From assembly GCA_964546795.1 (NCBI GenBank), contig CAZJKG010000002.1, positions 6,307-70,306 of the forward strand: a stretch of DNA of 64,000 nt, given 5' to 3'. Shown piece by piece: positions 32,268 through 41,895 of this stretch (position 1 is its first letter; each line of letters begins with the position of its first letter). Source of the DNA: an uncultured Candidatus Saccharibacteria bacterium. GTDB lineage: Bacteria > Patescibacteriota > Minisyncoccia > Phycocordibacterales > Phycocordibacteraceae. The notes under the pieces were generated by a model. The model saw nothing but the letters and a program-made list of their open reading frames with translations, was not told where the DNA came from and did no database searches. A program made the position numbers and the translations under genes.

Positions 32268-32401
32268 GCTCGCACACTATCATCTCTTCCAAGAAGCGCG
32301 AAAATAGCCGGAGATACGAGGCGCGGGAAAGTGAGTTTCAGAGGCGTACTTTGAGGTACGGCGAGGAAACGAACTGGGAACCCGCAACGCGGTAGATTCG
32401 A

Positions 32402-33307
32402 CTATTTTCGCGGTTCTACCTTCTTCACGTACACCTTGCCGTCAAAGCGCAGATCAACATAGTCAACGGAACCGTCCGCGAGGTTGAACGTATCGCGCGC
32501 CGAGACAAGTGCGGTGTAGGCATCATTTTCATGTCCGAGAACATAGCTGATGCGTGTACCGCTTGCGAGATAATCATTCACTTCGTCCCCTTGAAGAATG
32601 ATATGGGTGGCCGGCGACCCCAGAGTATCGAGTTGCCGCGCGAAATCGAATGCGCGCGGCAATTTCTCGGCATACGCGATGGATGCGCCGAGCGGCTCCA
32701 GAGTGTCCCCCGCAAGCGGCGCATAGAGCGTAAAAGCATTGACGGTCTGCGTTCCACTCGCTGCTGCAGCAGCAAAAATATAGCCGCTCGCGTCAAAGAC
32801 ATAACAGTAGGGCTCAACGTCCGGAGTTGGAGACAGACCGCACCAACGCGTAATGGGAACGCGGTCGTTCATCTTAATGGAAATCCCGGTCAGCCCGTTC
32901 CGGAATATGGAAACAGCGGCGATATCCGAATGCGCAGCGAGAATATCGGCGCGAATGCGTGAAGCGGGGAAAAAGAAAATGGAATCGCGCGGAATGATGC
33001 CGAAATACGTTCCCTGCATCGCCGCAAGGGCGATATTCGCAAGCGACTGGTCTGCATTTGCCTCGCCGTAACTTCTGAGCGAAGGAGAGCCGAAGACCTC
33101 AACATGCGCGATGCGCACACTGCTCTGCTGAAGTCCCCAGATGAGCCCGCCAATGATAATGAGTATGAAAAGAATAAGCGCGATGAGCGCGTAGCGGCGC
33201 TTCGAGCGGCGGCGCGCCGCAAAGCCCTGCCTGCCGATAGACAGGCGCTCATCCCTCCCCTGTCGGGACAGGCTACCGCGCAGTTCCGATGACACTCTTT
33301 CCGACAT
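32402..33307 (-). CDS. FtsQ/DivIB-like cell-division protein (tentative)
   Basis: Basic N-terminus, single TM 'YALIALILFILIIIGGLIWGL', then a POTRA-like segment 'VRIAHVEVFGSPSL...' and a C-terminal 'VDYVDLRFDGKVYVKK' typical of FtsQ. Overlaps the end of serS by 35 nt. Confidence 0.4.
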   Translation of the reverse strand: MSERVSSELRGSLSRQGRDERLSIGRQGFAARRRSKRRYALIALILFILIIIGGLIWGLQQSSVRIAHVEVFGSPSLRSYGEANADQSLANIALAAMQGTYFGIIPRDSIFFFPASRIRADILAAHSDIAAVSIFRNGLTGISIKMNDRVPITRWCGLSPTPDVEPYCYVFDASGYIFAAAAASGTQTVNAFTLYAPLAGDTLEPLGASIAYAEKLPRAFDFARQLDTLGSPATHIILQGDEVNDYLASGTRISYVLGHENDAYTALVSARDTFNLADGSVDYVDLRFDGKVYVKKVEPRK

Positions 33308-34541
33308 ACGGCACGAGGGCCTCAGGCACTTTTATGGTGCCGTCCGCCTGTTGATAGTTCTCAACGATGGAAACTAGGATGCGCGGCGTTGGAATTGCGG
33401 TGGAATTGAGAGAATGCGGGAAACGCATATTTCCTTCCGCGTCGCGATACCGGATATTGAGCCGGCGCGTCTGGAAGTCATGAAAATAAGACGTTGATCC
33501 TATTTCTCGATACGTATTTTCTCCCGGCACCCAGAGCTCAATGTCGTATTTCTTCACTTGCCCCAGCCCGAGATCGCCGCCGCAATTCGCGACCGTATGA
33601 TAAGGAATGTTTAGGAGTTCTATGAACTCCTCAGTGTTGCGATTAAGCCATTCATGGAGACGGACGGATTCATCATGTTCCGCGCGACAAAGGACGACCT
33701 GTTCCCATTTGAAAAATTCGTGCACGCGAATGAGACCGTGCACGTCCTTGCCGTGCGCACCGGCCTCGCGGCGAAAGCACGGCGAGAACGCTAGAAATTG
33801 TATAGGGAACGTATTCATATCAAGTGTCTCATCCATGTGATAGCCCATCATCGCGACCTCGCCGGTGCCTGCGAGATATTCACCGTCTTGGGTCTTGTAA
33901 AGATCCTCCTCGCCTTGCGGCAAATAGCCAGTGCCGAGGAACGCCTCGCGGCGCACCAGAGACGGCACGTTCATCAGCGTCAGTCCTTTTGCGGAAAAAT
34001 GCTTGAGTGCCAATTGCCACACGGCATTCGCGAGCAAAACGCCGTCGCCTTTGAGGAAATAGCCGCGAAAGCCGGCAACTTTTGCGCCGCGCTCGAAATC
34101 CACCATATCGAGCGCAGTCATCAGAGCGACATGGTCTTTCGGCTCAAAAGAAAAAGCTGTGGGAGTCCCCCATTTCTTCACTTCGAGATTGTCGGCATCG
34201 CTCGTGCCATCCGGTACTGACATATCCGGAATATTCGGCACAGTAAGCATGAGCTTCTGCCACTCGACCATGACTTGTTTCAATTTCTCTTCGCTTTCGG
34301 CCATGCCGCGCTTCAGTTGCTGCATCGCCTCAATGACTTTCTCGCGTTCAAAACCGCTTGCGCGCTGAATCTCATTGCTACGACGATTCTGCTCCGCCCG
34401 CTTTGCGTCCAATTCCTGCCGCAAGCGCTTGCGCTCATCATCAACGGCGAGGAGACGGTCAATGTCCGTATCAATATGTTTCTTCAGCGCACCCGCCTTC
34501 ACAATATCGGCGTTCTCCCGAATAAAATGTATATCAAGCAT
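33273..34541 (-). CDS. serS: Seryl-tRNA synthetase
   Basis: N-terminal coiled-coil arm 'MLDIHFIRENADIV...', class II motifs 'FSPCFRREAG' and 'GTGEVAMMGYH', 422 aa. Confidence 0.9.
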   Translation of the reverse strand: MLDIHFIRENADIVKAGALKKHIDTDIDRLLAVDDERKRLRQELDAKRAEQNRRSNEIQRASGFEREKVIEAMQQLKRGMAESEEKLKQVMVEWQKLMLTVPNIPDMSVPDGTSDADNLEVKKWGTPTAFSFEPKDHVALMTALDMVDFERGAKVAGFRGYFLKGDGVLLANAVWQLALKHFSAKGLTLMNVPSLVRREAFLGTGYLPQGEEDLYKTQDGEYLAGTGEVAMMGYHMDETLDMNTFPIQFLAFSPCFRREAGAHGKDVHGLIRVHEFFKWEQVVLCRAEHDESVRLHEWLNRNTEEFIELLNIPYHTVANCGGDLGLGQVKKYDIELWVPGENTYREIGSTSYFHDFQTRRLNIRYRDAEGNMRFPHSLNSTAIPTPRILVSIVENYQQADGTIKVPEALVPYVGKSVIGTAR

Positions 34542-34583
34542 GTGCTGACTAGTATATCACTCACTGCATTGTAAAAAAGAAAT

Positions 34584-34621
34584 CGCCCACCAAGAAGCCG
34601 ATGGACGACTTCTGGTGGGCG
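34584..34621 (-). terminator. Rho-independent terminator of the small Cys-rich ORF (13-bp stem with one bulge)
   Basis: CGCCCACCAAGAAG-ccgatggacgac-CTTCTGGTGGGCG. The minus-strand transcript is followed by a U-rich tract (AAAAAAGAAAT on the plus strand). Confidence 0.5.
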
Positions 34622-34627
34622 AATGCT

Positions 34628-34918
34628 TCAGGATCTGTTGGGATTATCGGGGCGTAAGGGCAGTTCGAGAGCAAACGGACAAGGCACACGATTGCTCATC
34701 TTTTCTTTTCCGGGATGCGAAGCATCACATCGATTTCTGCACATACCGGTGATGTACGGACATTCGACAGTGATATCGATAGCCCTTGCGCCCTCGAGAC
34801 CAGTCAGGTACACCTTCACTTCGACCGGCTTCTTAAGGACCTCCCAACCTTTTTTATTTCGCCCTCCGCACTGAATCGGAAACACGATTGACTGAAGAAG
34901 CTTTTTTCCTTCTTCCAT
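34628..34918 (-). CDS. Small Cys-rich hypothetical protein (96 aa)
   Basis: Six Cys ('QCGG...VECPYITGMCRNRCDASHPGKEKMSNRVPCP'). Has its own terminator. Confidence 0.35.
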   Translation of the reverse strand: MEEGKKLLQSIVFPIQCGGRNKKGWEVLKKPVEVKVYLTGLEGARAIDITVECPYITGMCRNRCDASHPGKEKMSNRVPCPFALELPLRPDNPNRS

Positions 34919-35087
34919 AGATCCCCCCTCATTTGGTTACGTCTTGGTTGGTACAACTAGGGAAAACATACATGGAATATTTTATTCTGTCAAATTTTTA
35001 CATTTTCAGTCGCTATCCAAAATACAGTGCGACCGCATTGTGTCATGGATAGTTAAGTAAAGTTCTGCTACGAGATATACTGCACCT

Positions 35088-35948
35088 ATGAACATCCGCG
35101 AGTTGAAACGCACAGAGTGGCCGCAACAATTATTAGAAATACCGCAGTTGCCTCCGCGACTGTGGATTCGTGGCACTATGCCCACAGCGGAAACAAAACT
35201 TCTCGCAGTCGTCGGCTCACGCGCGATGACGCGCTACGGACAAGAGGCGTGCGAAAAACTTATCATCGGTCTTGCGGGCTATCCCGTGTCCATCGTCAGC
35301 GGTCTCGCGCTCGGTGTGGACGGATGCGCGCACAGAGCCGCGCTTGCGGCAGGGCTCCACACCATCGCGATACCCGGCTCGGGACTCGATGATTCTGTCA
35401 TCAGCCCGCGCTCAAACGTCGGGCTTGCGAAAGACATTCTGAAAGCGGGCGGTGCGCTCATATCGGAACAGGAACCCATGCACAAGCCGTGGCTGAAAGA
35501 ATTCCCATCCCGCAATCGGCTGATGGTCGGTATGAGCCATGCGGTACTTATCGTTGAAGCCGGAGAAAAATCCGGTACGCTCATCACCGCGCGGCTCGCA
35601 GCGGACTACAATCGCGACCTGCTCTGCATTCCCCACCGCATCGGCGACCCTCACGCCTTCGGCCCGCACTTATTTATCCGTCTTGGTGCGACACTCGTTT
35701 CTGACCCGCTCCACATCCTTGAGGCGCTGCATATTGCTCCGCGCATTACGAGCGCGGCGACCGCGCCAACAGACCTTGAAGACGTTGAGCTTGAGATCTG
35801 GAGTATGCTTGAAGAGCCAAAGACCCGAGATGAGATACTGCGCGCCGGCTCTGCCGGCGCGAACGCGGGAGAACTCCTTACCGCACTGGTCGCTCTAGAG
35901 CTTCGCGGACTTGTCAAAGAAGAATTCGGCGCATGGCACAAAGTATGA
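35088..35948 (+). CDS. dprA: DNA-processing protein DprA (Smf)
   Basis: Rossmann-like DprA domain 'LAVVGSRAMTRYGQEACEKLIIGLAGYPVSIVSGLALGVDGCAHRAAL...LISEQEP' and a C-terminal winged helix. Confidence 0.85.
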   Translation: MNIRELKRTEWPQQLLEIPQLPPRLWIRGTMPTAETKLLAVVGSRAMTRYGQEACEKLIIGLAGYPVSIVSGLALGVDGCAHRAALAAGLHTIAIPGSGLDDSVISPRSNVGLAKDILKAGGALISEQEPMHKPWLKEFPSRNRLMVGMSHAVLIVEAGEKSGTLITARLAADYNRDLLCIPHRIGDPHAFGPHLFIRLGATLVSDPLHILEALHIAPRITSAATAPTDLEDVELEIWSMLEEPKTRDEILRAGSAGANAGELLTALVALELRGLVKEEFGAWHKV

Positions 35949-35949
35949 T

Positions 35950-36759
35950 ATGACAATTTATTCCTGGAACATGCTGTTCCGCAATAAGGATCTCGATCGC
36001 GCGTTTGAATTCATTTCAAAAAGCGATTTTGATATTTTCTGCCTGCAGGAAGTGTCCGAGGAATTTCTCAAGCGCTTGCAAACGCTCCCCTATTTCATCG
36101 CTTTCCGCACCGATGTGGAGCGGCTCTTTGCGAAGGGCACCAAGCATCTTTTCGTCGTCACCCTGTCAAAACATCCTATCCGGACGCAGGGTGAGATACC
36201 CTTCCCCGACTACGGAGAGCTCATACCGCTGCGCACGCGCTTCTTCATATACCTCATGTGGCCGTTTCATTTCTCAAAGATCCGCAATCGGGGCGGCCTT
36301 TATGTGGATGTGGCGATAGACGAACACCTGCTGCGCGTTTTCAACCTCCACCTTGTCCTCGCGCAACCCTTATGGCGCTTGGAAGAATTCGAGAGAGCGA
36401 TGACCGAGCGCAATACCGCGCAACCGACCATTGTCTGCGGCGACTTCAACATTCTGGAAGCACCGCATATCACGCTCCTCAATTGGCTTCTGGGCGGCCG
36501 CATATCCGACACCGTGCTCTATGGGCGCGAACGCACCCATATTGAAAAACGCTTTGTTGCGCACGAACTGACCAATACGCTCAAGGGCGGCATCACTCAT
36601 CCGCTCTCGCGTTCGCAATTGGATCATATCCTCCTGTCGCGGCATTACAGCGTTACCCACGCTGAAGTCATTCCCGATAGATACGGATCCGACCATCATC
36701 CTATTACAGTTTCTTTTTCAAGAGCGAATGAAACGAATGAAAAGAAAAGAAACGAGTAA
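35950..36759 (+). CDS. Endonuclease/exonuclease/phosphatase (EEP) family protein
   Basis: 'YSWNMLFRNKDLDRAFEFISKSDFDIFCLQEV' and C-terminal 'SDHHPITVSF' are EEP signatures. The ATG at 35950 is 2 bp after the dprA stop; the track start at 35911 would overlap. Confidence 0.75.
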   Translation: MTIYSWNMLFRNKDLDRAFEFISKSDFDIFCLQEVSEEFLKRLQTLPYFIAFRTDVERLFAKGTKHLFVVTLSKHPIRTQGEIPFPDYGELIPLRTRFFIYLMWPFHFSKIRNRGGLYVDVAIDEHLLRVFNLHLVLAQPLWRLEEFERAMTERNTAQPTIVCGDFNILEAPHITLLNWLLGGRISDTVLYGRERTHIEKRFVAHELTNTLKGGITHPLSRSQLDHILLSRHYSVTHAEVIPDRYGSDHHPITVSFSRANETNEKKRNE

Positions 36760-37347
36760 GAGCGCGCAACAAAGAACAAATAATTGATACCAAAACGGCA
36801 GGGTTCCTGCGAAGGCAAAGAAGAATCCGAACGGCGCGACCCCAAGTGCCGTCGCCACCAGATACTTCCGCCATGACAACGAACTAAAAAGACCGAGCGC
36901 GTAACTTAAAAGATCCACGGGCACCAACAAACGGAGAAAGACGACTGACCAAAAGAGATCATGGGTCGGTATGTGTTCTCCAAACATTCTTATTCTGTGT
37001 TCTCCAACGAGTGTCCTTACGAGCGGAAGGCCATATGTACGTGCGATACCAAATGCGACGAGTGCGCCGAGCGTCCAGCCAGTGATGCTCATCAGCGCCG
37101 TAGGCACTGGGCCCCAGAGAATGGTGCCGAGCGGAATGAGAAGCACGATATCGAGCGGGATAATAAAAACGACAAAAAGTGCGGTCAAGAAAATAAATAT
37201 CGCGGCGCTACTCATGCCACCATTTCCCAACACAAGAGCGATATCACTCTCGTACCGATGCACGCCATAGGAAACCAGAATAAAAGCAACAATAAGAACA
37301 ACGCCCGTGAGGAATTCTTGTTTGGTAGTGAGGTCCATGCGGATCAT
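36718..37347 (-). CDS. TVP38/TMEM64 (DedA-related) family membrane protein
   Basis: 'FIIPLDIVLLIPLGTILWGPVPTALMSITGWTLGALVAFGIARTYG' is characteristic of the family. Confidence 0.6.
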   Translation of the reverse strand: MIRMDLTTKQEFLTGVVLIVAFILVSYGVHRYESDIALVLGNGGMSSAAIFIFLTALFVVFIIPLDIVLLIPLGTILWGPVPTALMSITGWTLGALVAFGIARTYGLPLVRTLVGEHRIRMFGEHIPTHDLFWSVVFLRLLVPVDLLSYALGLFSSLSWRKYLVATALGVAPFGFFFAFAGTLPFWYQLFVLCCALLLVSFLFIRFIRS

Positions 37348-37470
37348 GCGTCTTATGGTACTGCATTACGTGGAGGGACTTGATATAGTATCCATTTCGT
37401 GGTTAGATATGGCCTGGCTCTTTGGCACGCAACATACAACAAAAATACACTGAGAAAGGGAGGGCTTGCT

Positions 37471-38148
37471 ATGAAAAGCATTTCGTCAGAGCTGGCTCCC
37501 CGGTTTTTTCCGGTGATCCAGAAAGTTCTCGATGCTCCGTCGTTGTTCTTCCGGGCCAACGTTGAGCCGATCCTCCACAAGATGAAGAAAACCTTTGAGG
37601 ATGAATTCTTGAAGGAACTTGTGGTTCCGCTCACGGTGGTGTGCCTCGTTCTGAGTATCTTCTGCTCCGTTCTGTGGATAAAGGGAATGGGAAACAGAAG
37701 TGTCTCCTTCGTCTCTATGGCCTACGCCGGAAAACCGGAAGTGATGAAAATCTCTCCCCGTCGGCATGGCAAGTTCCGCGTAACGACGACAGCGGGAATG
37801 AAGCCAAAGATCGAGGAGGCGATGTTCAGTTTGATTGCATTGCTCTTCTTCGTGGCGTCACTTCTCGGCATGTTCTGGGGAAAAAGAGGAGCGACCTTCG
37901 GGGTCATCCTCGTCTCGCTCTCCGCCATAGGCGCTCTTGCCATTACTGGAGGACAGATTGCGGCGATCCTTCGCCCGAACATGACGGCTGTGTTCCTACT
38001 CTTTGTCCTTCTATCGTTCGGGCTCTCCGCGTATTTCATGAAGCGCTGGGTTGCTCCTTCAATGGTGAACAGAGTGTCTCTTGCGCTTCTGGGAGAGTCC
38101 CTCCTCGTGTATCTCGTGAGCTTCACCGCTTCGCTTCCCTATCTCTGA
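37471..38148 (+). CDS. Hypothetical membrane protein
   Basis: Likely start 'MKSISSELAP' with the RBS 'AAGGGAGGG'; the track start is 37399. Four TM helices. Confidence 0.4.
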   Translation: MKSISSELAPRFFPVIQKVLDAPSLFFRANVEPILHKMKKTFEDEFLKELVVPLTVVCLVLSIFCSVLWIKGMGNRSVSFVSMAYAGKPEVMKISPRRHGKFRVTTTAGMKPKIEEAMFSLIALLFFVASLLGMFWGKRGATFGVILVSLSAIGALAITGGQIAAILRPNMTAVFLLFVLLSFGLSAYFMKRWVAPSMVNRVSLALLGESLLVYLVSFTASLPYL

Positions 38149-38243
38149 CGAAAGGAGAAACATGCTTCAATCGGTGAACTCAATCTTCTGTCGGAGCTGG
38201 TGGGTGCGGACGCTCTATAAGTTTCTGTATAATCTTCTGTACC

Positions 38244-39038
38244 GTGTCTTCCAGTGACGGAAGTGGGCCTCGGGTTTCGCAAGAACCCGAGGCCCTTCCT
38301 TTTTATTTTATGAGAGAATTTCAACCATTTGGAGCGAAGCGCGTGTTGAAGTATCGGGAGACATGCGTTACACTTCGCAGAAGAAGTACTTTGATTCTAA
38401 TGGGACATGAGGTTTCGCTCGTGCCAATGTCGGTACGAGCATTCATCCAAAGGAGGTGCGTGAGCATGATAATGCGGACAATAGGTAAGGATCTCCTCCC
38501 TTCTATCTTCTCCGCCTTCGCGGTGACGACACTCCCGAGGGTGGCAGGTAGAAGAACGGAGGACTGTTTCTGCATGGAGCAGTATGCGTACCGTGCTGAT
38601 GACCTGGATCGCTTTCGATTTCTCCCGGAAGACCAGCCGGAAGCGGATGCCTGTGTCGTCAGGACGCTTGTTACTTCACAGAAGGAATCATTTTCTGAAT
38701 GGGCGGCCGCGCTTTCCGGGAATTGCGCCAGTACCGAGATTTCCTCCCTTGAAAAGTGTTTGAGAGAGCGCCGATATCTCCTCACCCTGACGCAAGCCGA
38801 AAGGATGGTGGACATCACCGAACGCTACTTGCAGGCCTTTTGGAAACGCGAGAACGGCTGGAACATCTATTTCTTCGTGGAAAACGGGGACTTGAGCGTT
38901 TCGGTCATGCATGTCTTCCGTTATGGAGTGCGAAATGTGCGCGTTCTGAACACGCTGCATCTCGGCAACAGCCACCCGTCGCACCCGAAAAAGTTCCTTT
39001 TTGTCCCGAACCTGAACGTTGCGAGCCCTGTCTTCTGA
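38244..39038 (+). CDS. Hypothetical protein (start uncertain)
   Basis: A strong RBS 'AAAGGAGGT' precedes the internal 'MIMRTIGKD' at ~38465, so the true gene may be 38465–39038. No recognisable domain. Confidence 0.35.
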   Translation: MSSSDGSGPRVSQEPEALPFYFMREFQPFGAKRVLKYRETCVTLRRRSTLILMGHEVSLVPMSVRAFIQRRCVSMIMRTIGKDLLPSIFSAFAVTTLPRVAGRRTEDCFCMEQYAYRADDLDRFRFLPEDQPEADACVVRTLVTSQKESFSEWAAALSGNCASTEISSLEKCLRERRYLLTLTQAERMVDITERYLQAFWKRENGWNIYFFVENGDLSVSVMHVFRYGVRNVRVLNTLHLGNSHPSHPKKFLFVPNLNVASPVF

Positions 39039-39484
39039 CAGCGCTCAAGTGTTCTGCGATTTACCCCTCTCGCGCAAGCGGGAGGGGTGAACTTTTTTGC
39101 TCGAACGGCCGACATGTTTTGTTACTCGCGCCGCCGCTTGACAGCAAAAATTGTGATAGATAAGGAGGATTGTTTATGCTCGCATGGAATTTGCTTATCA
39201 TAGTGTTGGTGTTTTGTGTCTTCCCTCCTGAAGCATATCCTCTCATTATGGAATGGTCCCTCCTAATTCTGCTGGCTTTGGGAGGGATCGTTGCCCTCGG
39301 TTCTAAAATCAGTAACATAAGATATGAAAGGGAGGCGAAGAAGAGGGGTGGTAGCTTCTGATTCATAATGAGGAAGGAGAAGACGAGCAAGCCGCACCGG
39401 AACTATGGTGCGGTTTTCTTATTGCACAGGTACTTGACCATATATGGGTATGCGCGTTATGAGTGAGTGAGTGATTAAACGCAA

Positions 39485-41878
39485 ATGAAAAAATTGCTTC
39501 TCGTCGAATCGCCTACAAAAGCGAGAACTATTGGGCACTACCTCGGCAAGGACTACACCGTCCTCGCTTCGGTCGGGCACGTGCGCGACTTGCCGAAGAG
39601 TAACAAAGACGCTGTCGATATTGAGGGTGGCTTCATCCCCCGTTACGTCATCCCCGCCGAGAAACGGGAAGTGATAGAGAAAATACAGCATGCTGCGGCA
39701 AAGGCCGATGAGATCTATCTTGCAACCGACCCCGACCGCGAGGGCGAAGCGATAGCGTGGCACATCAAGGAAGTCGCGGATCTGAAGGAACCGAAACGTG
39801 TCGTTTTCCATGAAATCACCAAAGCCGCTATAAAAGAAGCACTCGCGCATCCCCGAGCGATAGACGAGCACTTGCGGCGCGCGCAAGAAGCGCGACGCGT
39901 CCTCGACCGCATCGTCGGCTACGACCTTTCGGGACTCATTTGGAAAAAAGTAAGGTATGGATTGTCAGCAGGCAGAGTACAGTCGCCGGCGCTCCGCATT
40001 CTCGCGGAACGCGAGCGTGAGATAAAAAATTTCATACCGGTCACCTATTTTGTGCTTTCGGCGCTCTTTAAATCAAAAACGGGCGATATTGCCACTGTCT
40101 GCGCAGAAGAGCCCTCTACTAAAGAGGAGGCCGAGAGGATAGTACAGGCCGGAAGGAGCGCGCGTTGGAGTGTCTCCGACGTCGGTGAGAAAGCTGAGGA
40201 ACGCAATCCCCGCCCGCCGTTCACCACATCTACTCTGCAACAGACCGCATCAACACGCCTCGGCTTCGCACCCTCGCGCACGATGCGGGCGGCGCAAAAG
40301 CTCTATGAAGCCGGACATATCACATACATGCGCACTGATTCGGTAAATCTCGGAAAGGAAGCGGTGGCGAAAATGGCCGATAGTATTGAAAAAGAATTTG
40401 GCAAGGACTATCTTCAGGTGCGTATCTATAAAACGACGAGCAAGAATGCTCAGGAGGCACACGAGGCCGTCCGTCCCACCGATCCCTCCCACGAGACCGC
40501 CGGCTCCACCTCCGACGAAATGCAATTGTATGAGCTCATCCGAATCCGCGCACTCGCTTCGCAGATGGCGGCCGCGCGGATCATGCGGACAAGCATAACG
40601 GCAAAAGCGGAGGCGGTTATCCCTCTCTTTACTGCGAGCGGTTCGCTTACCATGTTCCCCGGCTGGCTCGCACTTGATACGGCCGCGCGCGGCGAAGATA
40701 CGGAATTGCCCAAGGTCGCCGTGGACGACCCGCTCACACTTCTTTCGCTCTCTTCAGAAGAAAAGCAAACCGAACCGCCCAATCGGTATACCGAAGCCGG
40801 CCTCATCAAAGAACTCGAGAAGCGCGGTATCGGCCGTCCTTCAACATACGCTTCCATCATGAAAACCATCCAAGATCGCGGTTATGTGGAGAAGACCGGG
40901 CGCTCCCTGAAGCCGACGGCGACCGGCATGGTCGTCTCGGGCTGGCTCGAAGAAAACTTTCCAAAGTATGTGAGCGATACCTTCACTGCAGAGATGGAAG
41001 ATGAACTGGATGAAATAGCACGGGGAGAACGCGGCTATACCGAAACATTGAGTGCATTTTACGGCCCATTTGAGAAAGCGGTGCATGCAAAAGATAAACT
41101 GCCAAAAGCGACGTCGCTCGGGGACGCAGGAGCGGAGTTTCCCTGCCCGCTCTGCGGAAGCCCTATGGAGTTCAAGCTCGGACGCGGCGGCGTATTCATG
41201 AGTTGCAAGAAATATCCCGATTGTCTCGGCGCACGAACCGAGGAGGGCACCGAACTAAAAAGTGATGTGCTTATCGGACACGACCCCTTGACCGGCGCGC
41301 CTATTTATATAAAGACCGGACGTTTCGGACCGTATGTGGAAATGGCATTAGAAGAAGAAAGCAGTAAGCAGAAAGCAGAAAACAGTGAAAATGCAGAGAA
41401 GAAAGAGAAAAAGAAACGCGGCAAGGGTCGGCCGAAGAAAGCTGCGAAACGTGCGAGTATTCCGCCCGGCACCGACCTCGCGCACGTAACACTCATTGAC
41501 GCCCTCAAATATCTTTCGCTCCCGCGCGAATTGGGAATGCATCCCTCGACGAGCAAACCGGTATTCGCCTCCACCGGGCGATTCGGACCCTATGTGGGCA
41601 GCGATGGTGAATTTCGTTCGCTCAAAAGCGCCGTGGGCGACCCATACACGGTTACACTCGACACCGCACTCTCGCTCCTCGCTGCACCGAAGCTGCCGCC
41701 GAAAGGTGTCGAAATTGTTAAAGAGATCGGCAAGCATCCGCGCACCGGAAAGACACTCGTGCTATATAAATCAAAACAGGGATTGTTTCTCAAAAAAGGC
41801 CTGCGCCGTATTTATCTGCCAGAAACTGTGAAGCCAGATACTTTAACGAGCACCGAAGCCGCCGAGTATTTGAAATAG
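39485..41878 (+). CDS. topA: DNA topoisomerase I
   Basis: TOPRIM N-terminus 'KLLLVESPTKARTIGHYLG...SVGHVRDLP', active-site region 'ITYMRTDS', and a C-terminal zinc-ribbon 'CPLCGSPM...SCKKYPDC'. Confidence 0.95.
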   Translation: MKKLLLVESPTKARTIGHYLGKDYTVLASVGHVRDLPKSNKDAVDIEGGFIPRYVIPAEKREVIEKIQHAAAKADEIYLATDPDREGEAIAWHIKEVADLKEPKRVVFHEITKAAIKEALAHPRAIDEHLRRAQEARRVLDRIVGYDLSGLIWKKVRYGLSAGRVQSPALRILAEREREIKNFIPVTYFVLSALFKSKTGDIATVCAEEPSTKEEAERIVQAGRSARWSVSDVGEKAEERNPRPPFTTSTLQQTASTRLGFAPSRTMRAAQKLYEAGHITYMRTDSVNLGKEAVAKMADSIEKEFGKDYLQVRIYKTTSKNAQEAHEAVRPTDPSHETAGSTSDEMQLYELIRIRALASQMAAARIMRTSITAKAEAVIPLFTASGSLTMFPGWLALDTAARGEDTELPKVAVDDPLTLLSLSSEEKQTEPPNRYTEAGLIKELEKRGIGRPSTYASIMKTIQDRGYVEKTGRSLKPTATGMVVSGWLEENFPKYVSDTFTAEMEDELDEIARGERGYTETLSAFYGPFEKAVHAKDKLPKATSLGDAGAEFPCPLCGSPMEFKLGRGGVFMSCKKYPDCLGARTEEGTELKSDVLIGHDPLTGAPIYIKTGRFGPYVEMALEEESSKQKAENSENAEKKEKKKRGKGRPKKAAKRASIPPGTDLAHVTLIDALKYLSLPRELGMHPSTSKPVFASTGRFGPYVGSDGEFRSLKSAVGDPYTVTLDTALSLLAAPKLPPKGVEIVKEIGKHPRTGKTLVLYKSKQGLFLKKGLRRIYLPETVKPDTLTSTEAAEYLK

Positions 41879-41895
41879 TCGTAATTAATTCGCAG

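Noticed and set aside
39120-39180. TTGACA upstream of the small ORF 39170–39361 and topA
   Set aside because: No acceptable -10 hexamer at 16–18 nt spacing. The 63-aa ORF (two TM helices, RBS 'AAGGAGG') may be real but has no supporting features beyond the RBS.
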